Shown: positions 10,661 through 22,600 of the stretch, in pieces
Position numbering within the stretch: the stretch's first letter is position 1
How the letters are laid out: the number at the start of each line of letters is the position of its first letter
NCBI GenBank assembly: GCA_002269645.1
Contig: NIVC01000391.1
Span: 571,207 to 635,206 of the forward strand
DNA: 64,000 bases
DNA from: Macrostomum lignano
Lineage: Eukaryota
Direction: 5' to 3'
Position numbers and translations under genes: made by a program
The notes under the pieces: generated by a model
Seen by the model: only the letters and a program-made list of their open reading frames with translations
Databases searched by the model: none
Told to the model about the DNA's origin: nothing

Positions 10661-13600
10661 TCAGGACTGCAGCAGCGCCAGCAGCTGGGCGGAGTGCGGC
10701 AGGCCGTTCAAGCGCCGGTCGGTCTGCAGCGGCCGGGACAATCCCAGCCGCTTGGCCTCGGCCAGCAGTGCCGGCTGCCGACCAATGAGAACGCGCAGGG
10801 AGCTCAGGCAGGCCTCGCGAACCTCGGCCACCGGGTCGGCCCTGGCGCAGTCCAGCAGATTCGCGGCCGCCTTGCCGGCAATGAGCGCCCGGTTGAGGCC
10901 GCCGCCCGGGTGCAGGCCGAAGTTGCCGATGGCGGCGGCGGCGCACAGGCGGACCTTCGCCGAGCGGGACTTCAGCAGCTGCAAGGCGGGCGCCACGGCC
11001 GGTTCCAGCTTGGCGTACAAGCTGTCGCTGTTGAAGGCGGCGTTGCTGCACACCAGCAGCGCGTTTTTCACCGCCGTATCGTCAGAGCCCGGCCGACTAA
11101 ACAGGCCGACCGCCTCGGACAGCGGCCGGGGGCAGCGCAGCAGCGCCTGGCAGGTGGACTCCGGGCCCGCCTTCAGCAGGTTAGCCAGCAGGTTCAGCGC
11201 CCGCGACTGCACCACAGGCCAGGACGATTCGCCAATTAGGCGGGACAATGCGGACAGGTCCGGGTCACGTGACTGTGAAAGGAATTTATCACGTGATTGA
11301 ATTACAATTTACACATAAAGTAATGTGGCTTTTGAAGCGGATTTTAGTCACGTGACTATGTAAGCAGATTTCAGTCACGTGACTATGTAAGCAGATTTCA
11401 GTCACGTGACTATGTAAGCAGATTTCAGTCACGTGACTATGTAAGCAGATTTCAGTCACGTGACTATGTAAGCAGATATTTGTCACGTGATTATTTAAGC
11501 ATATTTTAGTCACGTGACAGGTTCGGACTCTGATCACGTAACAAAACCCAACGAATATATTCACATTAAGCATGCACACCCGCTGGGCTCACCGTGAGCA
11601 GTTGCAGAATAGGCTGCACAGCCTTGTCAGACACTCTGGCCAAGTGAGACAGCATCACTAGACAGTCGGACTGGCAGGCCAGCAGCTGGTGCTGCCGCCT
11701 CGCCGTGGCGTCCCGTTCGATGGGACCGGTGCCAGCGGCGGCGGACTTCGGCCGCATAGCAGCCTCCTGGTAGACAATGCCGGCTAGGAGGCTGGCGATC
11801 TGGCAAGGGAAAATGTTTGACCTCTTTCCAATTATCAAATTCTCGGGTAAACGGCGGGAGTAACTATGGCTGTCTTTTAAAAGCAAAGTGTCTCGTCTTC
11901 TAAAAAGTTAAAAATAGTTGCATATAAGTGGTTACAATGACTGAATTAAGGCTGAACCGACCTCACGCCGCTGGATCAGGTCGATCATGGTGTCGACAAG
12001 CACCGGCTCGCAGACCAGCAGCCGGCTGGCCAGCTCCAGCGGCACGTCACGCTGCTGCTCGGGCACGAATTTGAGTAGAGCATGAAACAGGCTGCTGAAT
12101 AGGCCGTTGTCCACTAGGCCGCTGCAGGGATAGGAAGTGCGTGGCAAGGTTAGATCCCAGCACACAACGTGATGATGTCAGCAGCAGTGATCCCACACCC
12201 AATCTGCAGATGTCAGCAGCAGTGATCCCACACCCCATCTGCAAATGCCAGCAGCAGTGATCTCACACCTAATCTGCAGATGTCAGCAGCAGTGATCCCA
12301 CACCCAGTCTGCAGATGTCAGCAGCAGTGATCCCACACCCCATCTGCAGGTGTCAGCAGCAGTGATCCCACACCCAGTCTGCAGATGTCAGCAGCAGTGA
12401 TCCCACACCCAGTCTGCAGATGTCAGCAGCAGTGATCCCACACCCAGTCTGCAGATGTCAGCAGCAGTGATCCCACATCCAGTCTGCAGATGTCAGCAGC
12501 AGTGATCCCACACCCAGTCTGCAGATGTCAGCAGCAGTGATCCCACACCCAGTCTGCAGATGTCAGCAGCAGTGATCCCACACCCAGTCTGCAGATGTCA
12601 GCAGCAGTGATCCCACACCCAGTCTGCAGATGTCAGCAGCAGTGATCCCACACCCCATCTGCAGATGTCAGCAGCAGTGATCCCACACCCCATCTGCAGA
12701 TGTCAGCAGCAGTGATCCCACACCCCATCTGCAGATGTCAGCAGCAGTGATCCCACACCCCATCTGCAGATGTCAGCAGCAGTGATCCCACACCCCATCT
12801 GCAGATGTCAGCAGCAGTGATCCCACACCCCATCTGCAGATGTCAGCAGCAGTGATCCCACACCCCATCTGCAGATGTCAGCAGCAGTGATCCCACACCC
12901 AGTCTGCAGATGTCAGCAGCAGTGATCCCACACCCCATCTGCAGATGTCAGCAGCAGTGATCCCACACCCAGTCTGCAGATGTCAGCAGCAGTGATCCCA
13001 CACCCAATCTGCAGATGTCAGCAGCAGTGATCCCACACCCAATCTGCAGGTGTCAGCAGCAGTGATCCCACACCCCATCTGCAGATGTCAGCAGCAGTGA
13101 TCCCACACCCAGTCTGCAGATGTCAGCAGCAGTGATCCCACACCCAGTCTGCAGATGTCAGCAGCAGTGATCCCACACCCAATCTGCAGATGTCAGCAGC
13201 AGTGATCCCACACCCAATCTGCAGGTGTCAGCAGCAGTGATCCCACACCCCATCTGCAGATGTCAGCAGCAGTGATCCCACACCCATCTGCAGATGTCAG
13301 CAGCAGTGATCCCACACCCCATCTGCAGATGTCAGCAGCAGTGATCCCACACCCATCTGCAGATGTCAGCAGCAGTGATCCCACACCGCACTCACTGAAC
13401 AATAGCGGTCAGAGTCTCTTCATCGCAGTCCAGCCCGAAGGGGAAGCAGAGCAGCTGGCAGCAGGACAGCACAATGTCGGCAATGATCTCCTGAGAATTC
13501 ACCTGAGCCGCTTGGCTGAAATTGAATGCCAGAATGGAATGCTAAAAAACGGCTGAGTGCCTAGCAAATGTAGTGCAGGTGTATCAGTAGCAGTACTATG

Positions 13601-16600
13601 CAGTGCTCAGTGAAGAAGTACTTTTAACCCATTTAGGAGCCAACAACCAACTCGATAATGACAGGTACAGAGTGATCTCTTACAAGTACATCTCCAAAAA
13701 CTAGAAAATTGATTGAAGCAATGGATAAAATATGGGAACAAAAAGTGATAGACTCTTATATGCGTCTCGTACTACTTAATATTAGCCGGACGAGTAATAC
13801 GTGATAGTTGAAGTTAAAAAATCGTACAAACAAATATTTACGGTCTGTTGATGACTCCGACAAGACTGAAACAGGAGCATTAACATATGTGATGGTAGGT
13901 TACAAGCCAGTTTTAGTACGAGCTATAAAATACAATTATACAATTCAAGTATTTTATTTTTACTTTTAAAACTTTTTTTAATTAGTAAAACTAAAACTGG
14001 CTGACCAGACTAAGCATTGCAGGATGAAAAAGTTGGTCTTAGGAAGAAAGAGTTGGTCTTAGGATGGAATGATTGGTCTTAGGATGGAATGATTGGTCTT
14101 AGGATGGAATGATTGGTCTTAGGTTGGAATGGTTGGCCTTAGGATGGAATGATTGGTCTTAGGTTGGAATGATTGGTCTTAGGTTGGAATGGTTGGCCTT
14201 AGGATGGAATGATTGGCCTTAGGTTGGAATGATTGGTCTTAGGTTGGAATGGTTGGCCTTAGGATGGAATGATTGGTCTTAGGTTGGAATGATTGGTCTT
14301 AGGTTGGAATGGTTGGCCTTAGGATGGAATGATTGGCCTTAGGATGGAATGATTGGTCTTAGGATGGAATGATTGGTCTTAGGATGGAATGATTGGTCTT
14401 AGGATGGAATGATTGGTCTTAGGTTGGAATGGTTGGCCTTAGGATGGAATGATTGGTCTTAGGTTGGAATGATTGGTCTTAGGTTGGAATGGTTGGCCTT
14501 AGGATGGAATGATTGGTCTTAGGTTGGAATGGTTGGCCTTAGGATGGAATGATTGGTCTTAGGTTGGAATGATTGGTCTTAGGTTGGAATGGTTGGCCTT
14601 AGGATGGAATGATTGGCCTTAGGATGGAATGATTGGTCTTAGGATGGAATGATTGGTCTTAGGATGGAATGATTGGTCTTAGGATGGAATGATTGGTCTT
14701 AGGATGGAATGATTGGTCTTAGGTTGGAATGGTTGGCCTTAGGATGGAATGATTGGCCTTAGGTTGGAATGGTTGGCCTTAGGTTGGAGTGGTTGGTCTT
14801 AGGTTGGAATGATTGGTCTTAGGATGGAATGGTTGGCCTTAGGTTGGAATGTTTGGTCTTAGGATGGAATGGTTGGTCTTAGGTTGGAATGATTGGTCTT
14901 AGGTTTGAATGGTTGGCCTTAGGATGGAATGTTTGGTCTTAGGTTGGAATGATTGGTCTTAGGTTGGAATGATTGGTCTTAGGATGGAATGATTGGCCTT
15001 AGGTTGGAATGATTGGTCTTAGGATGGAATGGTTGGTCTTAGGATGAAAAAATCTTTTAAAAAGACCAAATTAAATTTTTAGAATGAAAGGCCTGCCTCA
15101 AAGTGAAAAAACATGAGCCTGGAATCGAAAGTACAACTGTCCATCTAGATGGACACATCTGCCTAAAGGCATTGCAATCGGTTAACTTCTATGAAATCCT
15201 ACTAATTGGATTTTAAGGAATCTATGATGTAACCTACTGCGAATGAAAACAATAGGTAAGGTGAGCCACTTCCCGACTGCTAACCTGAGCTGCACAGCGT
15301 CCAGGCACTGCTGGGACAGCAGTCGGCACAGGCAGGCCAGCATGGGTTCGCCGGGCTCGGCCATCAGCTGTACAGCGGCGAACTGCTCGCGGCCGAACAC
15401 GCTGAGCGAGAAGTGCAGCAGCGACTGCAGGCCCTGCGGCGACACCGCCTGCCACAGGGCCGGCCAGCAGGCCGAAGAGTCCTCGGCCTCATCCGCCGCC
15501 CGCTGCGGCGTCTGGGCGGTCATCAGGGCCGACAGGCGGCGCCACACGGCCGGAAGCAGCGGCGAGCCAAGGAACTGGTGGGCCAAGTCGGCCTCGTCGG
15601 CGGCGCCGTCCTGCTGGGTGAGCGCCAGTCGGCAGGCCGTCAGGCAGCCGTCCAAGGCGCCGAAGGCGAACGGCGTCCGGGCAGCGCAGGCGCGCTCGTC
15701 GAACTCGGCAAAAGCGTCGGCGACGCACCTGGCCAGAACGTCGGTCGGCGGCAGGCGCTGGGCCGGGCCGCGCTGGGCGAGCTGGCTGAGAAGCAGGCCA
15801 GCGGCCGCGGCCTGCGAAGCCGGCTGGGAGTCGGCGAAGGCCTGGCAGAGACTCTGCGAGTGCGGCTCCAGGCTGAGGGAGGAGCGGGGATTTCCATGGC
15901 GCTTGATGCAGGATTAAATGGGATTTCATTTTATGGGTCATTAGGGATTTTGTGGGGTTTTTTGGGATGGTATGGGGTTTTGGGATGACATGGGGTCCAT
16001 CAGGATGGTATGGGGTCCTTCAAGATGATATGGGGTCTTTCAAGATGGTATGGGGACTTTGTGATGAGGTCTTCGGGATGGTATGGGGTCCTTCGGGATG
16101 GTATGGGGTCTTTGGGACGGTATGGGGTCTTTGGGACGGTATGGGGTCTTTGGGACGGTATGGGGTCCTTCGGGATGGTGTGGGGTCTTTGGTGCGGTAT
16201 GAGGTCTTTGGGACGGTATTGGGTCTTTCGGGATGGTATGGGGTCTTTGGGACGGTATGGGGTCCTTCGGGATGGTATGGGGTCCTTCGGGATGGTATGG
16301 GGTCTTTGGGACGGTATGGGGTCTTTGGGACGGTATGGGGTCCTTCGGGATGGTGTGGGGTCTTTGGTGCGGTATGAGGTCTTTGGGACGGTATTGGGTC
16401 TTTCGGGATGGTATGGGGTCTTTGGGACGGTATGGGGTCCTTCGGGATGGTATGGGGTCTTTGGAACGGTATGGGGTCCTTCGGGATGGTATGGGGTCTT
16501 TGGGACGGTATGGGGTCCTTCGGGATGGTATGGGGTCTTTGGGCCGGTATGGGGTCCTTCGGGATGGTATGGGGTCCTTCGGGATGGTATGGGGTCTTTG

Positions 16601-19600
16601 GGACGGTATGGGGTCCTTCGGGATGGTGTGGGGTCTTTGGTGCGGTATGAGGTCTTTGGGACGGTATGGGGTCTTTCGGGATGGTATGGGGTCTTTGGGA
16701 CGGTATGGGGTCCTTCGGGATGGTATGGGGTCTTTGGGACGGTATGGGGTCCTTCGGGATGGTATGGGGTCTTTGGGACGGTATGGGGTCCTTCGGGATG
16801 GTGTGGGGTCTTTGGTGCGGTATGAGGTCTTTGGGACGGTATGGGGTCTTTCGGGATGGTATGGGGTCTTTGGGACGGTATGGGGTCCTTCGGGATGGTA
16901 TGGGGTCTTTGGGACGGTATGGGGTCCTTCGGGATGGTATGGGGTCTTTGGTGCGGTATGAGGTCTTTGGGACGGTATGGGCCCCTTCAAGGTGATATGG
17001 AGTCCTTTGAGATGGTATAGGGTCTTTGAGATGGTACGGGATCCTTTCTGCTGGCATGGGAAAGGGATAATTTAAATTGAGAACAGAGAACTATATTCTT
17101 CACAATCTTATCAAAGCAACCCTAATCCAGAGCCAGGCAAAAAAGGACGGCTGTCTACGTGTGCTTCAATGCTAACCTTTGCGGAATGTCCTGCAGTTGA
17201 ATCAGCAGAATGCTGACGCAGTGCGTAGCCATCTCGGCTGCCACGCCAGCCTCCTGGTCATCCAGCTCCATCTGCAAGTACAATAATGCGGGCAGCATCT
17301 GGAACTTAACTAAGGCTTGAAATTCTTAAGCATCTGAGGGTGTGGCCCAGCAACTTAATACCTGGGAGGGGATGGCGGGAGCCAACTCAGAGAATGACAG
17401 TGTGAGAGATTTCGGCGCCAAACAGATTAGGATCTCAGGATTTTGAGACCCTAGAAATGAGGATCTCCTGAGATTTTCAGACCCTAAAAATGAGGATCTC
17501 ATATGAGATTTTGAGACCCTACAAAATAAGGATCTCATATGTGATTTTGAGACCCTACAAAATGAGCATCTCGTATGAACTTTTGAGACCCTACAAATGA
17601 GGATCTGATGTGAGATATTGAGACCCTACAAATGAGGATCTGATGTGAGATTTTGAGACCCTACAAAATAAGGATCTCATATGGGATTTTGAGACCCTAC
17701 AAAATGAGCATCTCGTATGAAATTTTGAGACCCTAAAAAATGAGGATCTGATGTGAGATTTTTGAGACCCTACAAAATGAGCATTTTATATGAGATTTTG
17801 AGACCCTACAAAATGAGGATCTCATATGAGATTTCGAGACCCCAAAAATGAGGATCTCATATGAGATTTTGAGATTCTACAAATGAGGATCTCATATGAG
17901 ATTTTGAGACCCAACAAAATGAGCCTTTCATATGAGATTTTGAGACCCTACAAATGAGGATCTCATGAGATTTTGAGACCCAACAAAATGAGGATTAAAA
18001 CTAGCTACTTATAGGCTTAAATTCTATTTTTGTGGACCTAAATTTATCCAAGCTGTGTAATGCTTACCTTGCCCAAGGAGGCGGCCACCAGAGTGTCCAC
18101 ACAGTCGGGCCTGGCGGCCAGCAGACGGCAGAAGTTCAGCGAGGTCTGCATGGCGGTGAACAGCAGCCGCAGGCAGCAAACGCAGAATCGCCGATCCCTT
18201 AGATACGTGATGAAAATTTCTGCCGCCTGTTCAAGCCGGCGCTCGCACAGCCGCTCGCCAATGTAGTAGGCCACCTTCTGGCGGCCCTGCTGGCCGGCAC
18301 TGTCCGGCGTGGGCGGGCTGTGGCTCATGGCGGCCAGACAGACCACGGCTTGGCCAACGATTTCGGTCAGGCGGTCGCGGAATTCCCGCTGCTCGGATTG
18401 GCTTTTCAGGGCTGCGGGGAGAGGCGTTTTAATTGATGGGAAAATCTGTTGGTTGTGCCTACTCACCGGTAACTAATTATCAGCGCCTCTTATGCCTCAC
18501 GTCATGTTTCATAGCCGTGACTTGTCACCCTCATTAGTGCCCTACTTGTAACTCTCCTTTCTTGTCCTCTCCTTTATCACCCGCTCCCTTGTCACTCTCT
18601 CCTTTATCAGCCTCTCCCTTGTCACTCTCTCCTTTATCAGCCTCTCCCTTGTCACTCTCTCCTTTATCACCCTCTCCCTTGTCACTCTCTCCTTTATCAC
18701 CCTCTCCCTTGTCACTGGCCCTCCTTTATCACCCTCTCCCTTGTCACTGGCCCTCCTTTATCACCCTCTCCCTTGTCACTCTCTCCTTTATCACCCTCTC
18801 CCTTGTCACTGGCCCTCCTTTATCACCCTCTCCCTTGTCACTGGCCCTCCTTTATCACCCTCTCCCTTGTCACTCTCTCCTTTATCACCCTCTCCCTTGT
18901 CACTCTCTCCTTTATCACCCTCTCCCTTGTCACTCTCTCCTTTATCACCCTCTCCCTTGTCACTGGCCCTCCTTTATCACCCTCTCCCTTGTCACTGGCC
19001 CTCCTTTATCACCCTCTCCCTTGTCACTCTCTCCTTTATCACCCTCTTCCTTGTCACTCTCTTCTCTGTCACCCACTCCCTTTCCCTGTCTCGTTTACCG
19101 TCCTCTCCCTTGTCACTATCTCTTATACGTCCTCTCCCTTGTCACTCTCTCCTCTATCGCCCTCTCCCTTGTCACTATCTCCTCTGTCACTCACTCCCTT
19201 GTCCCTGTCTCCTTTACCGTCCTCTCCCTTGTCACTCTTTTACCGTCCTCTCCCTTGTCACTCTTTTACCGTCCTCTCCCTTGTCACTCTTTTACCGTCC
19301 TCTCCCTTGTCACTCTTTTACCGTCCTCTCCCTTGTCACTCTATCCTCCATGACCCTCCCATTGTCACTCTCTCCTTTACCCGCTTGAAATCCAGCATCA
19401 TTTCAACTCTCCCTTTCTAATTATTCACCCTTACATTATCCCCCAATCAATGAAACAACAAAAACAGGTCACGCGCCACAAAACAGACCAGCAATGGCGT
19501 CGAGAATTCGCTGGTCCCGCAGCACTAGCAGATACCGCAGCAGGGCGTCCAGACTCAGACAGTAGTCGGAGGCCACGGACGAATAGAATTGGTCGGCTTG

Positions 19601-22600
19601 GCGGGTTGGCTCGGAGTCCACTCGGCTGCACAGGCACTGCAGGCACTGCAGAGGAAAGGCGCTTTGAGGTCAGGCTGTGTAAGCCGTGAGGGCCAAGCTG
19701 CATGACTGGCTACTGTACAATGGCCCCTTTTACTGTCTATTAACTGCAACAACAGAGCCTAAACACCAACCAGCCTACCAGGCAAGTTTGCTCTCTCAGC
19801 TTCAAGTCCTCGTCGCACTGCTGATTGAGCAGCTTGGGCAGCAGGTCGACAAATTTCTGTCCGATCGTGTTGAACTGGGAGATGCTGAAATAACATTTAT
19901 TATTCTGCATACCTCAAGTACCTAACACGGATTCTGTCACTGACCAATCAGAGAACAACAGGCAGATTCTGTCACTGACCAATCAGAGAGTAACGGGCAG
20001 ATTCTGTCACTGACCAACCAGAGAGCAACAGGCAGATTCTGTCACTGACCAATCAGAGAGTAATGGGCAGATTCTGTCACTGACCAATCAGAAAGCAACA
20101 GGCAGGCAGATTCTGTCACTGACCAAACAGAAAGCATCAGGCAGATTCTGTCACTGACCAATCAGAGAGAAACATGCAGATTCTGTCACTGACCAATCAG
20201 ATCAAAGAGAAACATGCAGATTCTGTCACTGACCAATCAGAGAGTAATGGGCAGATTCTGTCACTGACCAATCAGAAAGCAACAGGCAGGCAGATTCTGT
20301 CACTGACCAAACAGAAAGCATCAGGCAGATTCTGTCACTGACCAATCAGAGAGAAACATGCAGATTCTGTCACTGACCAATCAGATCAAAGAGAAACATG
20401 CAGATTCTGTCACTGACCAACCAGAGAGCAACAGGCAGATTCTGTCACTGACCAACCAGAGAGCAACAGGCAGATTCTGTCACTGACCAACCAGAGAGCA
20501 ACAGGCAGATTCTGTCACTGACCAACCAGAGAGCAACAGGCAGATTCTGTCACTGACCAACCAGAGAGCAACAGGCAGATTCTGTCACTGACCAACCAGA
20601 GAGCAACAGGCAGATTCTGTCACTGACCAACCAGAGAGCAACAGGCAGATTCTGTCACTGACCAACCAGAGAGCAACAGGCAGATTCTGTCACTGACCAA
20701 CCAGAGAGCAACAGGCAGATTCTGTCACTGACCAACCAGAGAGCAACAGGCAGATTCTGTCACTGACCAACCAGAGAGCAACAGGCAGATTCTGTCACTG
20801 ACCAATCAGAGAGCAACAGGCATCTTCTGTCACTGATCAATACCGAACAATACTGAAATTAGAAATCTCACATTTTCTCCTTTTCCGGGTCCTTGCCGCC
20901 GCCTCCGGAATCCACCAGCTGGCTGCCCAGTTCGGATGCAAAGTAGGCATTAATTGTGAGCACAAAGTCCAGCAGGATTTGCTGGTACCAGGGCTGCACT
21001 CGGACTTTATTGTGGCTGAGCAGGTCGCTCAGGGTGCCGGTTAGCTTTGTGTGCAAAGATGAAGCGCTCAGAAAGTTGAACAGCGAAGCCAAGTCCCTGG
21101 AAAAATTGTATTCACCTGTCAATTGCCTGTGTCTGGGTTGTTCTCCCTTTCAATTTCAGTTACTCACCGCCTCTCCAGCAGCAGATTATTAAGAGTCTTG
21201 AGCAGCGGTCGCATCTTTGAGGCTCCATCCAGCATGCCCTCGGCCATCAGCTGCACGCACTTGTCCCAGCGCTCGATCAGCTTTCTAAGAAACGTCTTGT
21301 CGTTGAGGAAGCGCCGGCCCTGGTCTTTGTCAGCCGCGGCGGCGGTGTCGTCAACCAGGGCAGCCCATTCGTCGTCCGAATCGACTGCGTCCTGATTAAT
21401 AATTAATTAGCTTTGTTTGCTAGGAAAAGTTCTGAATCGTTTGTTGCTAAGGTCAATTTCTTAGCATATTGGTTGCTAGGGATAATTTTGCACATTTTTT
21501 TCAAGTTGGTTGCCAAGGTTAATTATAAAGCATATTGGTTGCTAATGGGAATTATGAATCCTGTAGGTTGGTTGCGAATCGTAAATAGTGTAGATTGGTT
21601 GCTAAGGAGAACTATGAATCTTGCAGGTTGGTTGCTAAGGAGAATTTTTTTTTATATTGTAGGTTGGTTGCTAAGGCGAATAATGAATCCTGTATAGGTT
21701 GGTTGCTAAGGAGAACTATGAATCCTGTACGTTGGTTGCTAAGGAGAATTATATGAATCTTGTAGGTTGGTTGCTAAGGAGAACTATGAATATTGTAGGT
21801 TGGTTGCTAAGGAGAACTATGAATATTGTAGGTTGGTTGCTAAGGAGAACTATGAATATTGTAGGTTGGTTGCTAAGGAGAACTATGAATCTTGCAGGTT
21901 GGTTGCTAAGGAGAATTTTTTTATATTGTAGGTTGGTTGCTAAGGAGAACTATGAATCTTGTAGGTTGGTTGCTAAGGAGAACTATGAATATTGTAGGTT
22001 GGTTGCTAAGGAGAACTATGAATCTTGCAGGTTGGTTGCTAAGGAGAACTATGAATCTTGCAGGTTGGTTGCTAAGGAGAACTATGAATCTTGCAGGTTG
22101 GTTGCTAAGGAGAACTATGAATCTTGCAGGTTGGTTGCTAAGGAGAATTTTTTTTATATTGTAGGTTGGTTGCTAAGGCGAATTATGAATCCTGTAGGTT
22201 GGTTGCTAAGGAGAACTATGAATCCTGTACGTTGGTTGATAAGTAGAATTATATGAATCCTGTACGTTGGTTGCTAAGGCAAATTATGAATCATGTAGGT
22301 TGGCTGCTAAGGAGAACTATGAATCCTGTACGTTGGTTGATAAGTAGAATTATATGAATCCTGTACGTTGGTTGCTAAGGCGAATTATGAATCATGTAGG
22401 TTGGCTGCTAAGGAGAACTATGAATCCTGTACGTTGGTTGATAAGTAGAATTATATGAATCCTGTACGTTGGTTGCTAAGGCGAATTATGAATCATGTAG
22501 GTTGGCTGCTAAGAACTATGAATCCTGTACGTTGGTTGCTAAGGAGAATTAGGACGACGGAAGTTTTAAAAAAATCATATTTTTAGGAGATGATTCGAAT

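Noticed and set aside
15952-17057. 240-345 aa ORFs ([24 protein letters not shown])
   Set aside because: Intronic 20-bp minisatellite.
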